Shown here: piece after piece, positions 39,118-49,200 of the stretch
Position numbering within the stretch: the first letter of the stretch is position 1
Layout: every line of letters starts with the position of its first letter
Source of the DNA: a virus
DNA length: 64,000 nucleotides
Strand: one strand, 5' to 3'
Virus record (IMG/VR): IMGVR_UViG_2654588027_000001
Position numbers and translations under genes: made by a program
The notes under the pieces: generated by a model
The model's database searches: none
Seen by the model: the letters and a program-made list of their open reading frames with translations, nothing else
What the model was told of the DNA's origin: nothing

Positions 39118-39472
39118 GTTTTTTCTCCTGCATCAAAAGAAACACGATCATTGCCGCTCTGAAAGGGTTAGGGTTCTGGATCAGATGTTGTGGTGTTGAG
39201 CTATCCACCAGCCTGTGGGCCGCTCTCCACTCGCCAGCCTGTCTGGCTGGAATGATGCCGATTCTGTTTCTGGAAATGATGTCCCAGGCATCTACCGGAT
39301 TGTTGCACCAGTCGAAAGAACCCGCTCCGTTTGGCCCAATCGCAATCACTTTTGTGTAATCTCCAACTTGTGAGCCTTTCCAGCCATATTGTGAGATGAG
39401 GGGGCGATGGCCGGTTGCTTCCGCGACCAGGCAGTTAATCTCAAAGTCCGTCATTTCAGCGTAGTTTTTCAT
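39101..39472 (-). CDS. Hypothetical phage protein
   Basis: 123 aa, starting MTDFEINCLVAEATG. Conserved leader motif upstream. Confidence 0.4.
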   Translation of the reverse strand: MKNYAEMTDFEINCLVAEATGHRPLISQYGWKGSQVGDYTKVIAIGPNGAGSFDWCNNPVDAWDIISRNRIGIIPARQAGEWRAAHRLVDSSTPQHLIQNPNPFRAAMIVFLLMQEKKREKTV

Positions 39473-39583
39473 TCATCATCTCCTTCTTTCAGAAATTGCG
39501 TGGCGTTGTCACTTTTTACTTCAACGGAAGTTAATTCCGTATTAGTAACCAATTTGTTTTCTTGTTGGTGATAATACGGAAAT

Positions 39584-39607
39584 AAAAAAGGCGTCCAAGT
39601 GGACGCC
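39584..39607 (-). terminator. Rho-independent terminator after the SPFH gene (GGCGTCCACTTGGACGCC + T6 on the minus strand)
   Basis: Hairpin plus T-run read in the sequence. Confidence 0.6.
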
Positions 39608-39625
39608 GTATCTTTGAAAAGGGTG

Positions 39626-40456
39626 TTACTTCAACGCGATAAACGGAGTATTAGCCCCTTCAGTCATGTACTGAGGCAACTGGCCATTCCATTTGTTGAT
39701 GGCTTCCAGCTCCATGACGTTCGGGTTCTGACGTAATGCTTCACCGCGCAACTTGATGGCGTCAGCTTCTGCTTGAGCACGTTTGCGGATAGCGTCGGCT
39801 TCACCTTCGGCTTGTTCACGCAGCATGTTCGCTTCTGCCTTGCGCTGCTCAACTTCCTGCTGGCGCTGGAGCGTTTTCTGGTTCGCGGTCACTTTGGCAT
39901 TGATAGATTCGATGACCGTGTCCGGGTAGTCTGGTTTGCCCACCCATGACAGGCTAATAACCTCAATACCTACCGGTGACATTTCTGCCTGAATGTCTTT
40001 CAACGCATTGTCGAGCAGAGACGCCTTGCCACCGTCGATGAACGTGTCGGTAGTCATGCGGCTGGCCAGACGGTTCAGTGAATCCGCAATCTTCTGGCGC
40101 AGATCAGTGTCGGTAATGTCGTCAACACCTTTGCGATAGGTCTGGAATACGGTAGTTACTTTGTTGCGATTAACCAGATATGCCACACCAATTTTGTGGC
40201 CGATGGCTGTACCGTCGCTCATCTGGAATGTGAACGGCTCATCGTAGGTTTTCATCTGTTTGAAAGTGGGGAAGGTGTACAGCTCGGTATTCAGACCAGT
40301 CCACTGACGGCCAACGCCGACAACTTCACCGATACCTTTGTCTTCACCCAATTTGTTTACCTTAATGCCAACGTATCCCGGTTCCACGCGATCGCAGCCG
40401 GTCAGACCCATTGTGCAAATAGCAGCCAAAGTCACCGCCAGTAAACCTTTCTTCAT
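39626..40456 (-). CDS. SPFH/band-7 (prohibitin-like) domain lipoprotein
   Basis: Lipobox LTGC|D. SPFH-like core followed by a charged coiled-coil tail (QRQQEVEQRKAEANMLREQAEGEADAIRKRAQAEADAIK). Confidence 0.65.
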   Translation of the reverse strand: MKKGLLAVTLAAICTMGLTGCDRVEPGYVGIKVNKLGEDKGIGEVVGVGRQWTGLNTELYTFPTFKQMKTYDEPFTFQMSDGTAIGHKIGVAYLVNRNKVTTVFQTYRKGVDDITDTDLRQKIADSLNRLASRMTTDTFIDGGKASLLDNALKDIQAEMSPVGIEVISLSWVGKPDYPDTVIESINAKVTANQKTLQRQQEVEQRKAEANMLREQAEGEADAIRKRAQAEADAIKLRGEALRQNPNVMELEAINKWNGQLPQYMTEGANTPFIALK

Positions 40457-40459
40457 TAC

Positions 40460-40660
40460 TTACTTCTCCTTAGTTTTATTGAGTGAGTTGATATACCTGC
40501 GGCCAGCTTTTAACAAGGCAACCGGGAAGACTACAGCGATGGCAAGTCCGATAAAGAAGGCCAGATCGCTTTTAGCTGAGATAAGCGATGGAACCAGTAA
40601 ACCGTAGATAAAGCAGACTGACACCACCGCTGAAACAGCCATGAGATAACCCTTAATCAT
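40460..40660 (-). CDS. Small membrane protein (NfeD/YqiJ-like partner of SPFH proteins)
   Basis: 66 aa, two hydrophobic helices, 4 nt upstream of the SPFH gene. Confidence 0.45.
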   Translation of the reverse strand: MIKGYLMAVSAVVSVCFIYGLLVPSLISAKSDLAFFIGLAIAVVFPVALLKAGRRYINSLNKTKEK

Positions 40661-40750
40661 GTGTTTCCTTTTGTCGTTTTGGTGCAGAAATAATAAGTAA
40701 GTACTTATATATTTTCAAGTATAAAAAGGCGCCCAATGGGCGCCTTGTGA

Positions 40751-41827
40751 TTACGCTTCTTCTGTCTCTGCTGGGGACGACTCTTTCGCTCGCCGTTCGT
40801 CTATCGCCTGGAGTGCTGCGATGATTTCCGGGAGTGGCTTCTCGCGGTACATCTCGACGATCTGCGATTTGGTATATCTCTTATCGCCAATTTCCACACG
40901 CCCGCTGGCGTTCTTTGGCAGGTATCCTTCTTCCAGCATGTACTCAACCAGAGATTCGATGACGTCCAGCCCGCGAGTCGGGTCGAAGTAGAATTTCCAT
41001 GAGCATTTACCAAACGGAGGCGCGACTTTGTTTTTAATGCACTCGGCGCCAACGTCCTGTCCGATCTTCTCTTTGCCATCCTTCATGACGGATGCTCCCA
41101 GACGGATGCGCACCGACGCGTAGAACTTCGGAGAGTCGCCGCCCGGAGACGTAGTCGGATCGCCAAACATCACGCCAATTTTGGTACGCACCTGGTTTAA
41201 GAAGATAATGCACGCGTTGTACTTACGCGCCCAAAGCGCCAGAGTAGGGAAGTTCGCACTCGTCGCGCGCGCCAGCGCCGTGTTGTCGTTCATGTTCAGC
41301 TGATCTTTGTCCTTCGCAGTGCCTTCTGCCATCTTGTCGAACTTCTCAGCTTTCGAGTTCGGTACCATCGACGCCAGAGAGTCGGCAACGATGCAGATAG
41401 GGGCTGTTTCCGGGATAAGCTCTTCGTCGCGCACCAGCTTGAGGATTGTGCCGATCAGCTCAACGGAGTCTTCGAAGGTATCCGGCTGTTTGTAGACCCA
41501 CTGACCGTCGTCTTCGTCGGCGTTCAAGCCATTCGCCACCGCAAGACCAACGTCGAAGCTGTTTTCGTGGTCAAGGAATACGGCCAGACCATCCTGTTTC
41601 TGTGCTGATACCATCGCAGCCGTCGCCAAAAAGGTTTTACCGGCGCTTGGTGGCCCGAAGACTTCAACGATACGCCCACACGGAAAACCACCGTCGTAAC
41701 GTCCGGAAATGGCTTTGTTCAGTGGAGGGAAACCGGAGTCAATCCAGTGGGAGACCTTCTGAATCTCGTCATTGCTGCCGATTTTCTTTTTCAGCGCCAG
41801 TGCCAGTGCGGATTTGCCTTTTGCCAT
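40751..41827 (-). CDS. RecA/UvsX-like recombinase
   Basis: Walker A GPPSAGKTFLA, Walker B, RecA-fold throughout. 358 aa. Confidence 0.85.
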   Translation of the reverse strand: MAKGKSALALALKKKIGSNDEIQKVSHWIDSGFPPLNKAISGRYDGGFPCGRIVEVFGPPSAGKTFLATAAMVSAQKQDGLAVFLDHENSFDVGLAVANGLNADEDDGQWVYKQPDTFEDSVELIGTILKLVRDEELIPETAPICIVADSLASMVPNSKAEKFDKMAEGTAKDKDQLNMNDNTALARATSANFPTLALWARKYNACIIFLNQVRTKIGVMFGDPTTSPGGDSPKFYASVRIRLGASVMKDGKEKIGQDVGAECIKNKVAPPFGKCSWKFYFDPTRGLDVIESLVEYMLEEGYLPKNASGRVEIGDKRYTKSQIVEMYREKPLPEIIAALQAIDERRAKESSPAETEEA

Positions 41828-41829
41828 GA

Positions 41830-42096
41830 TTAGGCTCCTTTTGATTCGTTGATTCGCTTCGAAGCTGCGGCTTCGTCAAACTTGATTGCGTCGTGGTTCA
41901 GGTGTTTGGCGACGCGAGCGATGATCTTCACGACCTGCTCGCTGACCAGCGCGAACTCACGCTCAGTAGCAGAAATGCCAGCAGCGCCCAGAATGTTCGG
42001 CAGCGCCACCACAGCGTGTTCGCCGTGGCAGAAGACAATCTCTTTAGCCAGCATGGTTGGCGTAGTTGCCCCGCCATTAATGATGGATTTCAGCAT
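41830..42096 (-). CDS. Hypothetical protein
   Basis: 88 aa, coupled between the recombinase and the exonuclease. Confidence 0.35.
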   Translation of the reverse strand: MLKSIINGGATTPTMLAKEIVFCHGEHAVVALPNILGAAGISATEREFALVSEQVVKIIARVAKHLNHDAIKFDEAAASKRINESKGA

Positions 42097-43091
42097 CAGC
42101 AGTACCTCTCAAATGGCAGAACAAACACTTCCAGATCTTCCAGAAACGACCGGAAATTCAGCTCGCAACACATCTGTTCGAAGGCGTTCATGTCGCGTGC
42201 GCCTTTAATCGACTCGATTTCGCTGGGTGGGAATTTTGTGTCGATAAGGTTCATCAGCATCATGTTGCGCTTAAAGGCTTCGAGCATCCGGCAGCCTGTC
42301 TTCTCGTTGAAGGCGTTCTTTGCCAGCTTGTTGAATGCCGTCTTATAGCGACCTTTGTTGATGACAATGGAGCCGTCGTTAATGCCGCGTACCATTGCGG
42401 CCACACTTCCCCATTCATGAAGCAGCTCTTTCGCGCCACCATCACCAATGCCACCTACGCCTTTGATGTTGTCCGAGGTATCGCCCTGCAACGCTTTCGC
42501 TTCCAGAAACGCGCGTGGCGTCGGCAGACCGGTCAGCTCTGCGAACTGTTCGAAGTTCACCTGCTTGTGCTTGGCATCTTCACGCAGGCTTACCCAGCTC
42601 ACATTCTCGCGAACCAGCTGAAGCCAGTCGCCATCGCCAGTCAGCAGGTAGATATGATCAACGGTCGGCTGCGGAGCCAGGCGAGAGACCAGCATTCCTG
42701 CCAGGTCGTCCGCTTCTGCATCCTTTGCAATGAGTTGGTTAACGCCCAGCGCGGTCATCATTTTCAAGATGTACGGCTTCTGGATGGCAAAACCTTCTTT
42801 CATCTTCTTCATATCCGGGTCGTCATCGCGATTCGCTTTGTACTCCGGGTAGAAGTCGCGACGTTTGTCGCTGAATCCATCCCACAAGATCATTGGGCGG
42901 GCATGGAGAATTGAGGCGTAACGACGAACGTTCTTCACGAAGCCAAAAGCCGCCTGAACTTCCATCTCGCCGTTGTGTAATTTGTCGGATTGCTGGTGGT
43001 AATAGCCCAGGCTGTTACCGTCCACAAAGAGATAATTCACCGGTACACTCCTTCCAAAAAGTAAGGCGTCCGTAGACGCCTTACTGGTCAC
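42096..43091 (-). CDS. 5'-3' exonuclease / flap endonuclease (T5 D15 / T4 RNase H-like)
   Basis: YLFVDGNSLGYY matches the NLMIVDGTNLGFR start of T5 exonuclease. Also DGDW and GIGDGGAKELL (H3TH-like). Confidence 0.75.
   Translation of the reverse strand: MTSKASTDALLFGRSVPVNYLFVDGNSLGYYHQQSDKLHNGEMEVQAAFGFVKNVRRYASILHARPMILWDGFSDKRRDFYPEYKANRDDDPDMKKMKEGFAIQKPYILKMMTALGVNQLIAKDAEADDLAGMLVSRLAPQPTVDHIYLLTGDGDWLQLVRENVSWVSLREDAKHKQVNFEQFAELTGLPTPRAFLEAKALQGDTSDNIKGVGGIGDGGAKELLHEWGSVAAMVRGINDGSIVINKGRYKTAFNKLAKNAFNEKTGCRMLEAFKRNMMLMNLIDTKFPPSEIESIKGARDMNAFEQMCCELNFRSFLEDLEVFVLPFERYC
43058..43086 (-). terminator. Hairpin plus T-run immediately after the SSB stop, overlapping the exonuclease start
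   Basis: Minus-strand read AAGGCGTCTACGGACGCCTTACTTTTT. Confidence 0.35.
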
Positions 43092-43100
43092 GTTATGGGA

Positions 43101-43589
43101 TTACAGAGCGTCCAGTTCAGCCAGCAGGTCATCGAGACCTTCGTCAGCTGGTACAGATGCAGCGGCAGCAGATGCGGAAGCACTTGCAGCTGCGGCGGCT
43201 TCCGGAGCTTTAACCTTTTCCGGTTTAGTTTCCGGTTTGAACTCAGCTTCAGCGGCACGCAGGATCTCTTCATCAACCAGGCTGGTGGACTCTGGAGCCG
43301 GTGTGTGTGCTGTAGCGACAGCAGCTGCGCCTTCCGTATGACCAGTGATAGAGCCAAAGCCTGGCAGTTCAGCAGCAGCTGATTTTGCAGCGGAAGAAAT
43401 GGCCGGAGAGGACATTGTTGCTGCCGGAGCCGCAATACCAATCAGACGACCCATAGTGCGAGCCGTAGACAGCAGACGGGTTTCGTCAGCCTGGTTCGCG
43501 TATGCGATCGTGTTGGGTAGTCCAGAGCTTCTCAGGAATGTCGCCTTTGTAGACTTTACGTTTCGGGGATACGTCATACTTGGTGTCAC
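43101..43589 (-). CDS. Ala/Pro-rich linker plus acidic amphipathic tail (DEGLDDLLAELDAL), likely the C-terminal part of the SSB in the -1 frame
   Basis: Overlaps the SSB ORF by 104 nt out of frame. Low-complexity sequence ending in an SSB-like acidic tail. Confidence 0.35.
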   Translation of the reverse strand: MTPSMTYPRNVKSTKATFLRSSGLPNTIAYANQADETRLLSTARTMGRLIGIAAPAATMSSPAISSAAKSAAAELPGFGSITGHTEGAAAVATAHTPAPESTSLVDEEILRAAEAEFKPETKPEKVKAPEAAAAASASASAAAASVPADEGLDDLLAELDAL

Positions 43590-44124
43590 GACCGGAACCG
43601 GTACGCTTAATCAGGAACGCATAGCCTTCTTCTTTGCTCAGTGGGTTGCCGATATCATCAGCAATATCTTCGGACATCACTTTGCAGATATCGTCGAAGA
43701 CCGTAGACGGCAGCTCAATCAACTGGCATTTCTCTGCGTCTGCAAAGTCTTCTCGCGCAGACAGAACACCATTGACCAGATAACGCGGTGTAGCACGCAT
43801 ACTGTTAATGCGCTCTTCCATCGCTTTGTTGCCCTTAAAGCGAGCACGACCTTCCATAACCATCTCACACAGCTGGCAAGCGTGGCCGTGGGTGTGCTGT
43901 TCGCAGATGTAGGCGGTGGTTACATCTTTGCCTTCCTCATTCTGATGCTTAACGTAGTGCATACCGAAAGTCTGGAAGAACACACCATTCGGGTCGTCCT
44001 TGTTCGGAAAAATGCGCAGATAGTTATTGCCGTCTTTCAGACGGGTCAAATCAACGTTATTGCCACGTTTAGAAGCAATATCGCCACGGGTCTTGTTAAG
44101 CAGATCAAGTAATGACTTAGACAT
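43486..44124 (-). CDS. gp32-like single-stranded DNA-binding protein, N-terminal OB/zinc part
   Basis: GNNYLRIFPNKDDPNGVFFQTFGMHYVKHQ resembles gp32 GQAVIRFLPSKND. Cys/His cluster YICEQHTHGHACQLCE. Start at MSKSLL. Confidence 0.4.
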   Translation of the reverse strand: MSKSLLDLLNKTRGDIASKRGNNVDLTRLKDGNNYLRIFPNKDDPNGVFFQTFGMHYVKHQNEEGKDVTTAYICEQHTHGHACQLCEMVMEGRARFKGNKAMEERINSMRATPRYLVNGVLSAREDFADAEKCQLIELPSTVFDDICKVMSEDIADDIGNPLSKEEGYAFLIKRTGSGRDTKYDVSPKRKVYKGDIPEKLWTTQHDRIREPG

Positions 44125-44243
44125 GTATTTCTCCTTTTTGTGATTGTGGCCATTGGCGCTATGCGCGTTGGGCATTCGTTTATTCGTGGCTCTTTCGAGC
44201 GAGAAGGATAATAGATCAGTACTTACTTATCATCTAGGATAAA

Positions 44244-44717
44244 TTAACGGGGCGAGTGGAAACGTTCGGCGCCCAAGCGTTCAATCTCCACGATAGCCAT
44301 TTTGGACGCCTGGACAATCATGTCACGGCGGTGAGAGAAGGCGGTTACAGCGTGCTTGTATAGATCTGCAATGTGCCGGGCATCATCGAGTTTCTGGCGC
44401 TTTGCGAGGTATTGCGGGTTGGTTCTAACCTTCGCCTCCAGTACGGATTCATTGAACTTAATGCCGTTCATACTCAGGTTCTTACGCTCATTGTCGTAGA
44501 TTTTTGCCTCAATCGCATCGAGGGAGAGTTTTGCATCTGCGACCTCGCGTTCTGCCCGCGCCAGCTTAGAGCCGTACTCCATCAACAGGCGCGGTTGCTG
44601 ACGCCAGACTTCCTCAAGATTGTCGCGGTCGAACTCCAGATCGGACATGATTTTTTCGTAGATATCTGCACTCATTTTGATAGGTTCCAGCTTATTTCTA
44701 TATATCAATTTTACCAT
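44244..44717 (-). CDS. Hypothetical protein, possibly a UvsY-like recombination mediator
   Basis: 157-aa helical protein next to the SSB gene. Weak resemblance only. Confidence 0.25.
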   Translation of the reverse strand: MVKLIYRNKLEPIKMSADIYEKIMSDLEFDRDNLEEVWRQQPRLLMEYGSKLARAEREVADAKLSLDAIEAKIYDNERKNLSMNGIKFNESVLEAKVRTNPQYLAKRQKLDDARHIADLYKHAVTAFSHRRDMIVQASKMAIVEIERLGAERFHSPR

Positions 44718-44849
44718 GAAAGAAATGAAGGATGGAGCTTATAGAAGGAAGAAGTTAGGGGGTGGGGTCGGTAAGTTGATGAAAACAGGGAGTGTTCTGA
44801 TAATCTATAGCCGTTTTCTGCGGCCGTAGACGTCAGAAAATAGACAGTG

Positions 44850-44878
44850 TTGACACGCGCTCACACTATACCTATCAT
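44850..44878 (+). promoter_or_regulatory. Sigma70-type promoter (TTGACA-17 bp-TATCAT) for the hicA-like gene
   Basis: Perfect -35 at 44850-44855, 17-bp spacer, -10 TATCAT at 44873-44878. Confidence 0.55.
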
Positions 44879-44895
44879 AATGACATCGGAGGAAA

Positions 44896-45147
44896 ATGAA
44901 ATCACATCCGAATAAGCATATTCAAGAGGCCATTGAATACGCGTTGAGTAAAGGCTGGGTTTGGGTTCCAGCAGGTAAGTCAGCACATTGCTTCTGCAAG
45001 CTGCGCTGCGGCGATAAATCAGGTGAACATACAAGTCACCACAGAAGTGTATGGTCGACTCCAGATGTACCGGAGCACCATGCCACGCAAATCAGGCAAG
45101 CGGTCGACCAGTGTGGTCGCATCAAAAACCAGATGAGCAAAAAATAG
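44896..45147 (+). CDS. HicA-like toxin (mRNA interferase fold) with an inserted Cys/His segment
   Basis: AIEYALSKGWVWVPAGKSAHCF ... TPDVPEHHATQIRQAVDQCG parallels HicA (GFVLVRQKGSHHIY ... DIPKGTLRSILKQAGL). Confidence 0.4.
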   Translation: MKSHPNKHIQEAIEYALSKGWVWVPAGKSAHCFCKLRCGDKSGEHTSHHRSVWSTPDVPEHHATQIRQAVDQCGRIKNQMSKK

Positions 45148-45219
45148 TAGTTAGTGGCGGTTTTGGCCGCCATTTGTTCCAAAGGTACATTAATACTTCA
45201 CTTTAGATAAAGAGGTTTT

Positions 45220-45783
45220 ATGGCGCTTTATAACTTCACTCTGACTCTCTCAGGCGTAACCTATGAGACCGAAGGATTGGAAGATGCGCTGTACGAAAGC
45301 GGCTGTGGCGATGCGATTGTTTGCGCATATGGAAACTCCGTCTATGTTGAGTTCGACCGCGAAGCCAAATCGCTGGATGCAGCCATTGCATCAGCGGTCG
45401 ACAATATCGAATCTGCCGGTATCGGCGCGATTGTAGAATCAGTCGACTCGGCCTTAGTTGGCCTGAGCGATGTAGCTGAAATGACGGGCATGTCCCGACA
45501 AGCAATTACCATGCTTAAAGATGGGCTTCGTGGTGGTGGCGACTTCCCTTGCCCTATCCAGAGAATCCAGGGACAGTCCCCGCTATGGGATTGGGCTGAT
45601 GTGGCGAACTGGCTTGAAGCCAATGGACGCCTTAAAGAAAACGCAGAGCTGGCACACAATGCTCGCGTATTAAGTAAGTGGAATTTGGCCCTTCGCAATA
45701 GCGTCTCAAAAGACTTTGTTGAGATTGAACATATCGCTTCTTCACTTATCGCACGTCGACGTCATCACGCCGAATGCGCATGA
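45220..45783 (+). CDS. HicB-like antitoxin (N-terminal HicB fold plus C-terminal HTH)
   Basis: N-terminus MALYNFTLTLSGVTYETEGLEDALYESGCGDAIVCAYG follows the HicB pattern. HTH LSDVAEMTGMSRQAITMLKDG. Confidence 0.4.
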   Translation: MALYNFTLTLSGVTYETEGLEDALYESGCGDAIVCAYGNSVYVEFDREAKSLDAAIASAVDNIESAGIGAIVESVDSALVGLSDVAEMTGMSRQAITMLKDGLRGGGDFPCPIQRIQGQSPLWDWADVANWLEANGRLKENAELAHNARVLSKWNLALRNSVSKDFVEIEHIASSLIARRRHHAECA

Positions 45784-45785
45784 AA

Positions 45786-45812
45786 AAACCCGCCGATTGG
45801 CGGGTTTTTGCT
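45786..45812. terminator. Bidirectional rho-independent terminator (A6-CCCGCCGATTGGCGGG-T5)
   Basis: Read directly. It separates the convergent hicB-like and minus-strand genes. Confidence 0.75.
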
Positions 45813-46256
45813 TTATGCGACTTTCTTACCAAAAATGTTGGATAGCGTGACTCTGGTCTGGCGTTTCAGCCTGTACTGTCTCACATCGCCAATCTTGTTC
45901 ACTTCCATAAACTCTTTGGCCACCTTCAGCACCAGCCGATTGCGGAACACTTTGAACGCCTCCAGCTGTTCCTCTGGGTTATCCGATTCGTAAATCTCCA
46001 GCAGATACTGGCACGCCTTCGGATCTTGCGTTTTAAGCGCCAGCGCTCTGGCACATTTACGCAGACGACTGACTTTATCGGCACCATCCAGCCCGGCGAA
46101 CGCCAGCGCCAGATCTAACGTGACCGGGCAGTCGATGATTTCCCAGAACTGCGACCGCATGGTGGCTGCAACTGCTTTATCCTGAAAATCCGCTGGGATA
46201 GCCGCCAGCGCTTGTGCAATCTTCTGTGCTTCGTTCATGGTGTTCTCTTTATTCAT
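45813..46256 (-). CDS. Hypothetical protein
   Basis: 147 aa, 4-nt overlap with the dnaE stop. Confidence 0.4.
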   Translation of the reverse strand: MNKENTMNEAQKIAQALAAIPADFQDKAVAATMRSQFWEIIDCPVTLDLALAFAGLDGADKVSRLRKCARALALKTQDPKACQYLLEIYESDNPEEQLEAFKVFRNRLVLKVAKEFMEVNKIGDVRQYRLKRQTRVTLSNIFGKKVA

Positions 46257-49200
46257 TTGCTAATTGTCTCCGCTACCTCTGCCAGAATTGCTTCCAGCTT
46301 TTCGCCTTCCTCTGGGCGAAAGTACAAAATGTTCGGGTTAAATCCGTAGAAAACGGTCACATCCAGCTCTGGCAGATACTCTTTGCGTCCAACCAGGTCG
46401 GATGGTTTGCTCTTGTTGTTGAAGAGTGACGTCGCCCGGCTGCCACACGTCAGCACATAGGTCGGACGCACCAGATTGATCTCTTCACGCATAAAGTCGG
46501 TGAACTGGCCTATCTCGTCTTTGGTGTAGTCCTTCTCTTTGTCCTTCACCTTTTTGCACACGCCGGTGACGTAGAGATCTCCCATGCGCAAATCGCCTGC
46601 AGTAAGCAACTTCGCCTTAAAGTCGTCGTAGCCGTTCTCCATGAAGTAGCCAGTACGCCCATCATTGCCGTTCGCGTTGTCCAGAATGACCATGATTTTC
46701 GGCTTAATGCCAATGCTTGGGCGTATCAGGTCGTCTCCCAGACCCATTTCAGCCGCCATGCGTGTCATCAGTACATTCACTTCGGCAGAGCGTTTAGGGT
46801 TCATCTCGAACGGTCGAGAGGCTTTTACAGCGTCGATCACCAGATTGCCCATCAATTCAGCCTGGTCGCGCAGCCGTTCCGGATCTGTCGCTGGCAGACT
46901 GCCAGGCTCAATCGATGCGAACGCACCTACTTTTTGCAGTGACTCGCGTACCCGGCTGTTACACGCACACGCACGCTTCTCGACCGCTTCCTCAAATTGC
47001 TCAAGTGACTCGAATTTGCCGCCAACTTTCTCACGCGCTCTCATGATGGCCTGGCAACCATTCTCAGAGCAGCCTTTTACAGCAGAGAATGGCGCATACA
47101 GAACCTGGCTGCCGTCTTCCAGCGTGCGGATCTCAATTCGGTTAGATGACACGTTAACGTCTGGTGGCAATACGTGAATGCCATAGGTCAGCGCATCCTT
47201 AACCAGCCCCTGGTGCTTATCCTCGCCCAGAATGGTGAGCGCAGCAGCGAAAAACTCAGCAGGGTAATGTGTCTTTAACCACATAGACTGATAGCTGATC
47301 AGCGAGTAGGCAACGGGATGTGATTTGTTGAACTGATACGCACCGTTCTTCTCGAAGGCATCCCAGATCTCCTTAGCTTTCGTCTCAGACAAGCCCGGTT
47401 GTGACCCTGTAACGCGTACAGCAGCCATCGGCAATTTCACACCTGCCTCCAGCGCTTCTTCGACCGTCCGCAGTGCGCCGTCCTCACATTTGAAGTGTTC
47501 CGCGCGGTGAATACGCTGCGTGGTGCCGTCTTCCATCTCAACGTCGATCCAACCAGCTTGAGCCTGAACGACGAACTTCTCGCCCATGCTCTTCATCTTT
47601 TCCATATCCTTTTTACCGATCGCTTTACGTACACCATCTGCTTCGGCCATCGTGAAACCGGCCAGCAATCGTGTCGCGTTCATCGTCTGTTCCTGATACA
47701 GAATCACGCCGTTGGTTTCCGCGGTAAGCTCGTCCAGTACCGGGTGCAGCGACTGTGGAGCCATGAAGCCTTTGGCCACGGAGACATAGTCGTCCAACAT
47801 GCCGGATTGAATCGGGCCAGGTCGGAAGAGTGCGGTCGTGGCGACAACGGTTTTGAAGCTCATTGGCTCGATGCCACCGCCCAGATCTTTAAGCAGCTTG
47901 CGCATGGGACCGGACTCCAGCTGGAATACGCCCTGCGTGTACCCTGCAGCGAACCCATCCAGAACCTTACGATCGTCCAGTGGGATAGCATCGAGATTGA
48001 TGTCTTCCCCGGTACTCTCTTTGATGTAGCGTTTCGCGCTATCCAACAGATCGAGCGTTGCCAGACCGAGAACGTCCAGCTTAATCAGCCCCATCGCCTC
48101 GCAGTAACGTTTATCGAATGCAATACAGCGAGCATTGCCACGCAGCTCGACGGGCGTGCGCTCTACCAGTGGAACGCCAGCGACGATCATCCCCGCAGCG
48201 TGGCGACCAAAACCACGCATCAGGCTTTGCAGCTTACACGCCGCTTTGAACGCTTCCGGGTATTTCGTGGCGTATTTGTCCAGGCTGGCCAGTTGCTCGC
48301 GCAGCTCTTCCAGCGACAGGCTATCGTCCTCCAGATTCTTGAACTCTTTGGATACCGCCATATCCGCAGCATCGACACCGTAAATACGTGCGGTGTCACG
48401 CAGCGCAGAAGCCGCGCCCAGATAGGTGAAGTTCGGAATACCGGCAACGTAATCTTCGCCATAGCGTTCATTCAGATACTCGATCACCTCATGGCGACGT
48501 GCCTGGCTGAAGTCCAGATCCGCATCCGGTAAGTCGAGACGTTCAGGGTTGATGAAACGCTCAAACAGAAGACCGTGACGGATAGGATCGACGTTGGTTA
48601 TGCCGATGCACCACGCCACCAGAGAACCGGCAGAGGAACCACGACCTGGCCCGACAGGAATGCCAGTTTCACGGCTGTGATTCATCAGGTCGCGCACCAT
48701 CAGGAAGTAGCCACAGAAGCCCAGACGGGTCAGCGTGTCCATTTCGTACTTCAGACGATCAACATACACGCGGTGCTCAGAAGCCGGTGGTGTGTAGCCA
48801 AACTCTTTGGTAGTAAGACGCTTGCGCAGCCCCGCGACAGCCAGCTTCATCAGCGTTGCAGGCTCGTCGTCTGCCATCTTGGGCAGTGCTGGTGGCAATT
48901 CATGCCAGCGCCATGTGCAGGCTTCGATAATGGTGTCCTGCGTTGTTGAGGCCATTGCAGCTGTTACCGGTACATCCATGCGAACGGAGAAGGCTTTCAG
49001 CGCTTCAAGGAGATGGCGGCGACCATTAACGGCGTTATCTCGCTGGTGGGGAATACGCAGACGATGCGGCTGGTCGATTTTGATGTTGTTCGTAACCATG
49101 TGCGCAATGTCTTTAATGTCAGCGTCGTCGACCGCTTCGTAATAAGCGGGATAGAACGCCACTGGCTCTATTTTCAGTGCGCTCGCTACTTTCATCGCCC

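Noticed and set aside
47495-48532. 345-aa plus-strand ORF
   Set aside because: It is antisense to dnaE. It is Arg/His-rich with no motifs.
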